Of a stretch of DNA of 24,404 nucleotides, positions 1-23,159 are shown piece after piece. The notes under the pieces are model-generated. The model was not told the origin of the DNA, did not search any database, and worked only from the letters and a program-made list of their open reading frames with translations. The position numbers and the translations under genes were made by a program. The DNA comes from Elusimicrobiota bacterium (GTDB lineage Bacteria; Elusimicrobiota; Elusimicrobia; UBA1565): assembly GCA_043819795.1 (NCBI GenBank), contig JBDREN010000052.1:1-24404 (forward strand), written 5' to 3'. Position 1 is the first letter of the stretch; every line of letters starts with the position of its first letter.

Positions 1-13946
<13,946 letters not shown>

Positions 13947-14027
13947 TGCCTTCCCTCTCATAGCCGGCGTGGGCTATCCCGGAAAATCAGAGAAGCAGAT
14001 TCCTTGGGAGAATAGGTCCTTTCTACA

Positions 14028-14056
14028 TGTATAACCGCAATTCCGTCCTTAGTCAA
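14028..14056 (-). promoter_or_regulatory. Possible sigma70 promoter for the giant gene
   Basis: Minus strand TTGACT (14056-14051), 17 nt, TATACA (14033-14028), inside an AT-rich patch (~14020-14120); the -10 is imperfect. Confidence 0.35.
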
Positions 14057-14364
14057 TGACAAACAGACGACAAATGCATAGAAATTATATTGCAAAATAA
14101 ATCATTCTTTTTTTTTGTCAGGGGGAAATCCGCCTCAGCGGTGCGCTCCGAGCCGGGAATAGTGCGGACCCGCGACCTCACGCCGGCATTTCTCGTCGGA
14201 GAATCGCCTTGGACCGAGTCCGGGGGAAATCGGCACTCCGCCGGGACGGCCTGCCCAGAATGTCAACGAGTGTCAGGAACATCAGTCATGCCGAGAAGGA
14301 GGAGCCTGGGGGGGGATGTGTTATTTTTCTCTGGATTTGCCTTTATTCCTTGATGTTTTCAAGG

Positions 14365-14395
14365 AAAACCCCGGGCGGGACATTCCCGCCCGGGG
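14365..14395 (-). terminator. Rho-independent terminator after the truncated surface-protein gene
   Basis: Perfect 12-bp stem CCCCGGGCGGGA/TCCCGCCCGGGG (14369-14380/14384-14395), 3-nt loop, followed by TTTT on the minus strand; a second 9-bp stem lies at 14404-14424. Confidence 0.8.
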
Positions 14396-14429
14396 CTCCT
14401 TGCCCGGTCGGCCGCGCCGACCGGCCCGC

Positions 14430-16570
14430 TTACCGCACCACGGCGAACTTGCCGGCCTTGCGGATGGACGCCTCGCCGGACTTTTCCGCCACGATCGTGT
14501 ACAGGTACACGCCGCTCGGGATGCGGCCCTCCCACGCGTACTCGTAGGCGTACTTGGGACCGGTGCCGTCGTTGATCACCGGGGGCACGCCGTCCACGGT
14601 GGCCTGGTGCACCTGCTGGCCCGCGATGTCGTAGATGCGGATGGTCACCTTGTCCGCGATGCCCACCGCGATGTGCACCGTCGGCTTCGCCCCGCCCACC
14701 GCGGGGTTCGGGAACACGTACACGTCGCGCAGGGTGAAGGTCGGGTCCGCGCCCTCGGGGGACAAGTTCGCTGCTGCGGAGGCCGGCGTAGCGCCACCTT
14801 CCTCCTCCCCGCCGTAGGTCTCCGGGGCCTCGTTGGAGAGCACGATCGCGTTACCGTTCATCCCCATGTACCCCGTGAAGAGGCGGCCGCCGAACTGCGA
14901 GCCCCCGCCGAACGTCATCGTCGCGTCCGGAGCGTACAGGATCGCCGCCATGCGCGCGTTGCTCTTCAGGTCGATCTTGGCCGGCCGGTTGACGAAGATC
15001 ATCAGGTCGCCCGGCCGCTCCGCTCCGGTGTTCACGTTCGCCGAGTTGATGGAGATCTCCCCTTCCACCAGGAGGCCCACCTCCCCCGAGACCCGGAGCG
15101 CCGCGCCGCCGCTCAGCTTGAGGCCCTTAACCAGATACGTCCCGGCCGGAAGCGTCAGGATCCCGCCGGTGCTCTCCAGCTCGCCCTTCTTGTTGATGTA
15201 CTCGGCGATCGGGTTCTCCGGGTCCTCCGCCAGGTTATGCTGCCGCGCGTACTCCCTGACGGCCGCGAGGTCGAAGGGCGCCGGATCCAGCGGCGACTCC
15301 TCCCCCGTCTCCGTGATGGTCCCCGTGATCGTGCTGTTGCTGTTCTTCTCGACCGTCGGAGCGGTAACGTCGCCGTCCAATAACGTCGTCCCGTCGAAAG
15401 ACACCGGCCCGTTGGCGGTCAGGTTGCCCAGGAAGTCCACCGTCCCGCCGAACACCACCTCGCCCGTCTTGCCCACTCCGGCGGTCTGGCTGACGTTCAT
15501 CACGCTGCCCACGTTGAACTCCACCGGGCGCTCGTCCTCGGTGTTGTTCACCTGGTCCACGCTCCAGTAGGTCACCGTATGCACGCCCTCCTCCAGCGTG
15601 AACGGCGTCAGGTACAGGACCTTCTCGCCTCCATCGATCCGGTACTGGATCTCCTTGACCCCCGACGCCACTCCGCCCACGGCCGGGGCCAGCGGATCCT
15701 CCGCGGTCAGGCTCAGCTCCGTCTCCGTCCCGATGAAGGTCTGGCCGAACTGGTACCTCACCGGCTCCGCCACATGGAGCTCCGACACCGGCGCGGTCTG
15801 GTCCACGCCGACCAGGATGTGCTTGTGGCCCTCCTGCACCGGGCCGAGCCGGTAGCCTTCCTCGTTGCCCCGCTTGTCCACGCTGAAGTACTCGAGCTGG
15901 TGCGGGCCCTCCTGCGACAGGTTGAAGGGCACCACCTCGTGCTCAACGTTCTGGCGGATGAAGAGGGCCTCCGCCCCGTCGATCGTCAGGTCCCGGTAGA
16001 ACGTCCACTGCACGTCGAAGGTGATGCCCGCCGCGTCCGGGTCCACCGCGCTCAGGGAGTTCATGGCGCCGGCGTCCAGGAACACGTCGATGTCCGCGGG
16101 CGTGCCCGTTACCGTGCTCGAGCTGCCCGAGTGCGCGATCGCCGTCACCGGCGGCTCCACGTCCGCGGTGATCACCAGCGAGTCCGAGGTGGCCGCGCCG
16201 TCGTCGTCGGTGATCGTGGCCGTCATGGTGAAGTGGCCGTTGCTCTTGTACTGGTGCAGGCGCGACACCGCGCCGTCCGCGCCGTCGACGGAGCCCGGAG
16301 GCCCGAAGGGGGACTCGCTGAGCTCGGGCGGGTAAACGGGCTCGACGGTCCCGTCTCCCCAGTCGATCATCGCCGGACTGTGGGTATCCAAAGTCCCCTT
16401 GTCGTTGAACGTGATGGCGCCCGCCGAGACCAGGTGGTCCGGCCCGATGGGCACGCTGGCCTGCTGGCCGTCGGGCAGGCGCACGCTCATGAAGCGCGGG
16501 GTGATGTGCCCGCCGATGTGGATGTAGCCGTTGGCGGCCGCCGTATTGTCGGCCCCGGCCTCCGGTCCTC
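14430..16570 (-). pseudogene. 5'-truncated C-terminal part of a large surface protein (PKD, OmpL47-like Ig repeats, beta-helix-like region, T9SS/FlgD-like C-terminal domain)
   Basis: The frame stays open upstream of the track's Met (16490) as GPEAGADNTAAANGYIHIGGHITPRF until it meets transposase sequence (in-frame TGA at 16586-16584). No signal peptide or SD. Motifs: IDWGDG; DQTAPVS...SGVKEIQYRIDGG...PFTLEEGVHTVTYWSVD; C-terminal VYVFPNP...VTIRIYDIAGQ...WEGRIPSGVYLY...GKFAVVR. Confidence 0.8.
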
Positions 16571-17502
16571 TCGGACGGCGTGTTCACGCTGGCGCAGGGC
16601 AAGCGGCTCGCCTTCCTCCCGTTGCCGGAGCCCGCCGAGGAGGACTTCCAGCGCATGACCCAGACGCTCAGGCGCAAGATCCTGCGCCGCTTCGCAAGGC
16701 TGGGAGTGCTGCCCCAAGAGGCGAGAGCGGACATGCTGCGCTGGACCCACGGCGGATTCTCCCTCGACGGCAGTGTCCGCCTGGGCCCGGACGACCGATC
16801 CGGGCTCGAGCGCCTGCTGAGGTATTGTCTCAGGCCCGCGATCTCGCTGAAGAGGCTGGAGTACCGCCCGGAGCTCGGCCTGGTCCGATACCGGCCGGTC
16901 GTGGGCAAGGGCGGGACCTCTCCGCTGTTGGAGTGCACCCCGATCGACTTCTTGAGGCGGTTCTCCCGGCTCATACCGCACCCCCGCGCGAATCTCGTCC
17001 GGTACCGGGCGCTACCTCATTTCCTTAGGGCGCCCAGTACTGCGCTGCTACCGCCGCGCTGTACGCCGGGGCCCTCGGCCCGAGGTCCGGGCTCAGGAGA
17101 TGGGTCGCGGAGGCCGCGCGGCAGCAGGTCCCGTATGAGGACCTGCTCGCGGGCAGGACTACCGGACTCTGGCGCGTGCTCAGGCAGGTGCAGGGCCTCG
17201 CCCGGGAGGCACGGACAGCCGCCCAGAGGGCATGGGCGGCGTGCATTCGCAGGGTCTTCGAGGTCAACCCCATCGTGTGTCCTCGCTGCGGCATGGACAT
17301 GGTGCCGGTGGCGGCCATCACTCAAGACAGCGAGATGGAAAGGCTGCTCGTCCACCGCGGACTCCCAACGGCCTTCCCGAAGACCAAGCCGGCGCGGGCT
17401 CCGCCCCTCCCCTTCCTTGACGAAGCTTCGCAGCTCGATCCGGCTGTGGAGTGTTGGGACGGAATCGACCTCGAACCACCGGGAGACTGGGCTGCAGCCT
17501 GA
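16562..17502 (+). pseudogene. IS91-family (Y2/HUH rolling-circle) transposase remnant, 5'-truncated and frameshifted
   Basis: VLSDGVF...HGGFSLDGSVR...LERLLRYCLRPAISLKRL...PIDFLRRFSRLIPHPRANLVRY, continued in another frame by AGALGPRS...WAACIRRVFEVNPIVCPRCGMDM...ARAPP. The N-terminal Zn-finger/HUH part is absent. Confidence 0.85.
17002..17064. mobile_element. 59-bp insertion flanked by GTAC direct repeat inside the transposase
   Basis: GTAC at 17002-17005 and 17061-17064; removing 17006-17064 restores NLVRY-AGALGPRS in frame with ORF 17176-17502. Confidence 0.75.
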
Positions 17503-17580
17503 GCTTCGGCGTCCCTGCTATGCCCATCGGGCTCCGCCGGCCCCAGTATCCCGTCGCCAGTACAATTCCCTGACAAGGCT

Positions 17581-17904
17581 GAGGGCCCGGCAGCGAATTA
17601 TTGTCGACTTTTGTCGAGGGGATCGCAGGAGGCTCTGTCTGGCTACTCCTCGAGCGTGGACCTGGCCCAGCTGCGATATCGCTCAAGGTGTTTCCACATC
17701 AAGTCTATGCCCTTGCGCGTGAAGCGGCTGGAAGTTCCGTTGGCAGGCGGACCCGGGGCGAAAAGGGACGTCGAGTTTTTGTCGACTTTTCTCTTGAGGC
17801 GGTCGTGCCTCCGTCGAGGAATGAGTCGAAAAGGTCGCGTCTATAGCTCCCCGAAGCTTGCATCCTCCGTCGAGGATGCAAGCGCGATAGGCCAGGGATT
17901 ATTA
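17581..17904. mobile_element. Minimal (cargo-less) element of the tRNA-Gly-targeting family
   Basis: 17581-17618 is nearly identical to the arm at 23579-23617; 17743-17904 is homologous to the arm at 23286-23447; only ~125 bp lie between them. Confidence 0.6.
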
Positions 17905-17964
17905 GGGAAATTTGGAGCGGGCGAAGGGAATCGAACCCTCGTCTAAAGCTTGGGAAGCTTTCGT
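17905..17964 (-). repeat. att core copy 1: 3' fragment of tRNA-Gly(CCC)
   Basis: Minus strand ACGAAAGCTT-CCC-AAGCTTTAGACGAGGGTTCGATTCCCTTCGCCCGCTCCA: anticodon arm, T-arm and CCA (17913-17964). The 5' acceptor strand and most of the D-arm are missing. 60 bp identical to 23448-23507. Confidence 0.92.
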
Positions 17965-18249
17965 GCTACTAATGGACGGGATGTGGAAATCATCTGATTA
18001 CTAAAAGGCTTTTCATGAAAAAGACCGGTAAACGTGAGGCCTCCGCCGCGATTTGTTGTCGACTTTTTGTCGAGGTCCTAGAGGTCTCCAGCGGGGGCGG
18101 ATCGCACCGATCGGCGTCCCGGAGCCGCGCTCCATAGCCGAATCGGGGCCACCGGCATTGGATGGGGAAGATGCTCCACCGGCAGGCTGTCTGGTCAGCA
18201 TGATCCGAAAAAAACGGGCTGTAACGTGCACTTTCTTTCGCGCACATAC

Positions 18250-18278
18250 TTGATGAGGAAGGTCAAGGGTGATAGACT
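18250..18278 (+). promoter_or_regulatory. sigma70 promoter with extended -10 for the efflux operon
   Basis: TTGATG (18250-18255), 17 nt, TAGACT (18273-18278) preceded by TGn; ATG follows 10 nt later, so the mRNA would be nearly leaderless. Confidence 0.55.
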
Positions 18279-18288
18279 GAATACCGCT

Positions 18289-18546
18289 ATGCTGCGGAAG
18301 TTGCTTGTCGTACTGGCTCTGTGTTTGTTCGCGTTCGACATCATTCAGGATGCGTCCGCTTATGAGCAATGCTCGGACGCCGGGGCAAATATGTGCCATG
18401 CCTGTTCCTGTGGTGTTCATATTGTCGCGGAATCTCCCCTCAGAGCCAGAGCTACCCAGTCGCCGGAACGCGTCCTCCATGAGGACTTCCTCTACACCAA
18501 CATCCTCCCCAAGAGCATTTTTCACCCTCCTCGCTTGGCCGCATAG
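18289..18546 (+). CDS. Small exported Cys/His-rich protein / leader peptide (CzcI- or DUF2946-like), 85 aa
   Basis: MLRKLLVVLALCLFAFDIIQDASA (signal/TM) ... MCHACSCGVH ... SIFHPPRLAA; directly upstream of the TolC-RND genes. Confidence 0.7.
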   Translation: MLRKLLVVLALCLFAFDIIQDASAYEQCSDAGANMCHACSCGVHIVAESPLRARATQSPERVLHEDFLYTNILPKSIFHPPRLAA

Positions 18547-18723
18547 CCCCCCGGCGCTGACGCCGTTCGACTCGAAAGCGCTGTAATCAAAGATTCTGCC
18601 GACCAGGAGTTCCAGCCGGCGGAAGCGAGCAGCATCCTAAAGACAGTATCCGATAGTGGCCAAGAATCATGAGGCCGCATTAGTCTCGGCTGTTAGTCCA
18701 GGCCCCTACGGGCAGGAGGCTCT

Positions 18724-20019
18724 ATGTTACGGCTCCGATATCTCGCATATCTCTTGGCGGTTGTCTTTGGCATTCATACTTTGCCAGCCGCGGCTCAACC
18801 TTCGACGCAAGGCGAATCGCCCCTGTCCACGGGCGAAAAGCACGACTTGACGGGCCTAGTGGCGCTCGCGCTCCGTCATACGCAGCTTCTTGGCTCCCAG
18901 GAGGCTCGTAGCGAGCAGATGCGCTTCTCCGCGGCTCAGGCGAGGGTCTGGCCCGGCCTTTCGCTCGATTTCTCGGCAGGCCGCAAGCGGGAGGAGTCCC
19001 ACGCCGGCCCGCTCTACGAGGCGTCCATCGCCCAGCCTCTGCCCCTTGCGGGCAGGCCGGGCCTGCGCAGCGAGCGTCTTGACCTGGAGTCGCAAGGGTG
19101 GCGCGTGCGCCGCGAGGCATCGGGAGCCGCCGTGACCCTGGATGTAGTCCGGCTCGCCTACGAGTACGCGCTCAACCGCCGCAAAGCAGTTTTTGTTGAG
19201 AAGCGTCGGAAGCGATTCGAACTGATCCAGTCCTATATGAAGGGCCGCGTATTCGCCTCCCCCCAGCGGAAGGCTGAGAGCCGGATCGTGCAGAACCGGC
19301 TGAAAAGCCTTGTCTCCGAGGCGCTCCAGAGCCAGGCGGCCTTCCAGGCGCCGCTTGAGAAGCTGCGAGCCTACGTCCCCCTGGAACCCGGAAGTCATCC
19401 CGAGATACAGGTCCCGTGGCTCATGGGAACAAGGAGCCTCGAGGATGAGGCATGGATGACCAAGACGCTGGAGAACAATCCGGACATCCGCCTCCACAGA
19501 CTCTCGGTAAAGACCGCGGAGGTGGAGAAAAGCCTGGCTTCTCGGGACGCTTGGCCCGAGCCGTCCATCATCGCCTCCTATGAGCAAAGCACGGCCGCCG
19601 AGACCGAAAAGAGCCTCGGGCTCGGCCTGGGCCTGGCGCTGCCCTCTTGGAACGGGAACCGGGCGGGGATCAAGAGCGCGGAGCGGAGAGCCGTCGCCGA
19701 AGAGCGCCTGCTTGGATTCCAAAAACAGCGGCTTGCCGGCGAAATCGCGAAGGCTTTGATCGAGTATGAGGCCGCGCGACAGGCGGTCCTCCAGTACCCG
19801 CAGACTTATCTGCCCGAACTGGAGGCGCAGCTTGAGGAAGTGGAGGCGGGCTTCCGCAAAGGACAGGTCGATCTGCTCACCTTTCTGGAGCTTGACGGCG
19901 CGGCCTTTGAAGCCGTCGACAACATGCTGGAGTCCCAACTCGCCTTGATGTCGGAGATCGGCGAGGTGCTGCGCTTGAGCGGCGAGCGGGACATCCTCAA
20001 CCGGATTGATTCTTTCTAG
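18724..20019 (+). CDS. TolC-family outer-membrane efflux protein (CzcC/CusC-like)
   Basis: SD AGGAGG at 18714-18719, signal peptide, two OEP-like halves (e.g. NNPDIRL...WPEPSI...LALPSWNGNRAGI...AGFRKGQVDLLTFLE). Confidence 0.9.
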   Translation: MLRLRYLAYLLAVVFGIHTLPAAAQPSTQGESPLSTGEKHDLTGLVALALRHTQLLGSQEARSEQMRFSAAQARVWPGLSLDFSAGRKREESHAGPLYEASIAQPLPLAGRPGLRSERLDLESQGWRVRREASGAAVTLDVVRLAYEYALNRRKAVFVEKRRKRFELIQSYMKGRVFASPQRKAESRIVQNRLKSLVSEALQSQAAFQAPLEKLRAYVPLEPGSHPEIQVPWLMGTRSLEDEAWMTKTLENNPDIRLHRLSVKTAEVEKSLASRDAWPEPSIIASYEQSTAAETEKSLGLGLGLALPSWNGNRAGIKSAERRAVAEERLLGFQKQRLAGEIAKALIEYEAARQAVLQYPQTYLPELEAQLEEVEAGFRKGQVDLLTFLELDGAAFEAVDNMLESQLALMSEIGEVLRLSGERDILNRIDSF

Positions 20020-20030
20020 GAGGTGCTTCG

Positions 20031-23000
20031 ATGACCCGCATTTTGGAATGGACTCTGAAGAACAAAGCGGCGGTCGTGCTTTTCTTCGCCCTCGCCGCCG
20101 GGCTGGGTCTTTACGCGGTCACCACCGTCCCCATTGACGCGGTCCCGGACATCACCCCGGTGCAGGTGGTCGTCAACACCAAGACGGAGGCCCTGGATCC
20201 TGAGCAGATAGAAAAGACCGTCTCCTTCCCCATCGAAACGGAGATGAGCGGCATCGCCCGGGTCAAGGAAGTGCGGTCCCTCTCCAAATACGGCCTCTCC
20301 CAGGTGGTGGTCGTGTTCGAGGACGACACCGACATCTACTGGGCGCGCCAGCAGGTGGCGGAGAGGCTGCAAGGCGTGAGGGGCGATATCCCGGCGGGCA
20401 TTTCCCCGGAGCTCGCGGCGATCACCACCGGCTTGGGGGAGGTCCTCATGTACTCCGTCATGGCGAAGGCGGGCAGTCCGCTTGCCGAAAAGCCGGAGAT
20501 GAATCGTCTCCTCCATTTAAGGACCATACAGGATTTCGTCATCGCCCCATACATCAAACGCTCCGTCAAGGGCGTCGCCGAGGTGGACTCGACCGGGGGC
20601 TACAAGAAGGAGATCCACATCGAGATCCATCCGGAGAGGCTCGACCGGTACGGCTTGACCATCGAATACATCGCCGAACGCCTGGAAGGGCTCGGCGAGA
20701 ACTTCGGGGGAGGCTACATCCAGCCCAAGGGCAAGCAGGTGATCGTGCGGGCCTCGGGACGCCTGAAGAACCTGGACGAGATCCGGAGCCTTCCCATCAA
20801 GCTGGACGTTATGGGGAAACCGATCCCCCTCTCCCGGGTGGCGGACGTGCGGGAAGATCACTCCCAAAGGATGGGAGGCGCGACCCTCAGGGGCGAAGAG
20901 ACCGTGCTCGGAACGGTGCTCATGCTGAGCGGGGCGAACTCCCGGCAGGTGGCCCTGGATGCCGAGCGGGCTCTCCGGGACGCACCTCTCCCGCCCGGTG
21001 TCCAGGTCAAGCTCCTCTACAGCAGGAGCTTCCTGGTCAACGCCACGCTGAATACGGTGGTGAAGAACCTGTCCGAAGGGGCGGCTTTGGTGGTCGCGGT
21101 GCTGCTGCTCATCCTGGGCAACGTCCGGGCGGCCCTGCTCGTCTCCCTGGCCATCCCGCTCTCCATGCTTTTCGGGGGGATCGGGATGCGGTGGCTGGGC
21201 GTCTCCGCCAGCCTCATGAGCCTCGGAGCGATCGACTTCGGACTGTTGGTGGACGGCGCGGTCGTGATGATCGAGAACGCGCTGCGGCGTTTGGAGGGAC
21301 ACAAGGGAGGCCTCGACCCGCGGCAAAGGTCCGCGCTGATCCTGGAGTCCGCCTCCGAAGTGGTCAAGCCTGTCACCTTGGGTCTGGCGATCATCATGCT
21401 CGTCTACGTGCCCATCCTATCCTTGGAGGGGATCGAGGGCAAGCTCTACCATCCCATGGCCGTCACCGTGCTCATGGCCTTGGGCGCTTCGCTCGTGGTG
21501 GCGGTCCTCCTCATGCCCGTGCTCGCCTATCTCTTTCTCCGGGCGCCCGGAGCCGGCGAAAGAGGAGAGACACGTGTATTCGGAACGCTCCGAAGGCTCT
21601 ACGAGCCGGTTCTGGAGTTCAGCCTCACACGGCGAGTCCTGGCATTGGCTCCGGCGGTGGTCTTGATGATAGCCGCCCTCCTGGTCTACCACCGCATGGG
21701 AGCCGATTTCATGCCCCCTCTGGACGAAGGCGATCTTGTGGTCAACATGACGCGGGCCTCGGACATAGGCGTGGACGCCTCGCTTAAGATGCAAAGGAAA
21801 AGCGAACGGGTCATCGCCGGCTTCCCGGAAGTGGAGCAAGTGTTCTCGAGGATCGGTACCGCCGAATCCGCCACGGACCCGATGGGCGTCCACCTATCGG
21901 ACACCTTCGTGATCCTGCAGAAGGACCGGTCGCGGTGGCCCGCGGCGCAGGACGGCCGCCCCCGGACCAAGGAGGAACTCTACCGCGCCCTCAAGCAGGC
22001 CCTGGATCGGGAGGGATACGAGCAGGAGATCAACGAGAACCAGCCCATCGAGATGCGCTTCAGCGAGATCTTGGAGGGAAGCCGCGCGGACGTGACGCTC
22101 CGCATATACGGCAAGGAGTTGCCGGTGCTCATGGAGTCGGTCGAGAAGGCGATCTCCGTCCTTGAGGCCATCCCCGGGGCAGAAGAGGTCGAGATGGACG
22201 CCTTGAGCGCGCTCCGGAAGAGCCCGGTGCTGAGCGCCCGACCCGACTACGCGGCCATCGCCCGCTACGGCCTGGATGCGCATCATGTCAACCGCCTGCT
22301 TGAAGTCGCCATGGGCGGCCAGGAGGTCGGAAGCTTCTACGAACATCAATGGCGTTTCCCCATCGTGATGAGAGTGGAGGAGGAGCACCGGGAGGACATC
22401 GACAGCATCAAGTCCCTGCCCGTCGGCCTGCCGGGCGGAGGCACGATCCCGCTGAGCAAGGTCGTCGACTTCGAGCGCAAGGAGGAGGTCACCACCATCG
22501 CCCATGATTACACCGAGCGCTACGCGGCCGTGGCCGTGTTTCTCTCGGGACGCGACATCGCGAGTTTCGTGGAGGAGGCACGCGCGGCCGTCGCTGATAA
22601 GTTGAAGCTCCCGGAGGGGTACGGTTTGCGTTGGGGCGGCCAGTTCAAGAATCTGGAAAGGGCCCGGCGGCGGCTGGCCCTGATCGTCCCCCTCATCCTC
22701 GCGGCGATCCTTCTCATCCTCTGGCGGGCGTTCGGCGCCCTCCGTCATGCGCTCCTGGTCTTCATCACCATCCCCCTCGCCATGACTGGCGGCATCTTCT
22801 CGCTCGCCGTCCGGGGGATTCCCTTGAGCGTCTCGGCTTCGGTAGGGTTCATCGCCCTCATGGGGATCGCCATCCTCAACGGCATGGTTCTGGTCACGTT
22901 CTTCAATCAACTGCGGGCCAAAGGGCGCAGTCCCCTGCAAGCCGCGAGGGAAGGATCCCTCGTCCGCCTGAGGCCGGTCGCCATGACCGCCCTCGTGGCC

Positions 23001-23159
23001 AGCCTTGGGTTCGTGCCCATGGCCCTCAACACCGGCATCGGGGCCGAAGTCCAGAGACCCCTGGCCACGGTGGTCATCGGTGGGCTTATCACATCAACGC
23101 TGCTGACCTTGCTGGTGCTGCCGACGCTCTACGCCTGGCTGGAGAGAAGGCGGAAGTAG
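20031..23159 (+). CDS. czcA: CzcA/CusA-family heavy-metal efflux RND permease, 1042 aa
   Basis: SD AGGAGG; PIDAVPDIT, SLSKYGLSQV, GAIDFGLLVDGAVVMIEN, TDPMG, RLRPVAMTALVASLGFVPMA, GAEVQRPLATVVIGG. Confidence 0.95.
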   Translation: MTRILEWTLKNKAAVVLFFALAAGLGLYAVTTVPIDAVPDITPVQVVVNTKTEALDPEQIEKTVSFPIETEMSGIARVKEVRSLSKYGLSQVVVVFEDDTDIYWARQQVAERLQGVRGDIPAGISPELAAITTGLGEVLMYSVMAKAGSPLAEKPEMNRLLHLRTIQDFVIAPYIKRSVKGVAEVDSTGGYKKEIHIEIHPERLDRYGLTIEYIAERLEGLGENFGGGYIQPKGKQVIVRASGRLKNLDEIRSLPIKLDVMGKPIPLSRVADVREDHSQRMGGATLRGEETVLGTVLMLSGANSRQVALDAERALRDAPLPPGVQVKLLYSRSFLVNATLNTVVKNLSEGAALVVAVLLLILGNVRAALLVSLAIPLSMLFGGIGMRWLGVSASLMSLGAIDFGLLVDGAVVMIENALRRLEGHKGGLDPRQRSALILESASEVVKPVTLGLAIIMLVYVPILSLEGIEGKLYHPMAVTVLMALGASLVVAVLLMPVLAYLFLRAPGAGERGETRVFGTLRRLYEPVLEFSLTRRVLALAPAVVLMIAALLVYHRMGADFMPPLDEGDLVVNMTRASDIGVDASLKMQRKSERVIAGFPEVEQVFSRIGTAESATDPMGVHLSDTFVILQKDRSRWPAAQDGRPRTKEELYRALKQALDREGYEQEINENQPIEMRFSEILEGSRADVTLRIYGKELPVLMESVEKAISVLEAIPGAEEVEMDALSALRKSPVLSARPDYAAIARYGLDAHHVNRLLEVAMGGQEVGSFYEHQWRFPIVMRVEEEHREDIDSIKSLPVGLPGGGTIPLSKVVDFERKEEVTTIAHDYTERYAAVAVFLSGRDIASFVEEARAAVADKLKLPEGYGLRWGGQFKNLERARRRLALIVPLILAAILLILWRAFGALRHALLVFITIPLAMTGGIFSLAVRGIPLSVSASVGFIALMGIAILNGMVLVTFFNQLRAKGRSPLQAAREGSLVRLRPVAMTALVASLGFVPMALNTGIGAEVQRPLATVVIGGLITSTLLTLLVLPTLYAWLERRRK

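Noticed and set aside
14290..14345. c-di-GMP-I riboswitch (minus-strand AAAGGCAAA...GAAA) upstream of the giant gene
   Set aside because: No stem closes the GAAA and the downstream GACGCAAAGC/P3 elements are absent.
16580..17722. 380-aa intact transposase as listed in the ORF track
   Set aside because: Similarity ends at NLVRY (17005); the true C-terminus is in another frame ending at 17502, and the N-terminus is missing.
17913..17990. Intact tRNA-Gly(CCC) gene (also at 23456-23530)
   Set aside because: Only the 3' ~52-57 nt are present; the 5' acceptor strand and complete D-arm are missing in both copies.
17988..18000. IHF-like site AATCATCTGATTA beside att core 1
   Set aside because: One mismatch to WATCARNNNNTTR and not conserved at the equivalent position of core 2; insufficient support.
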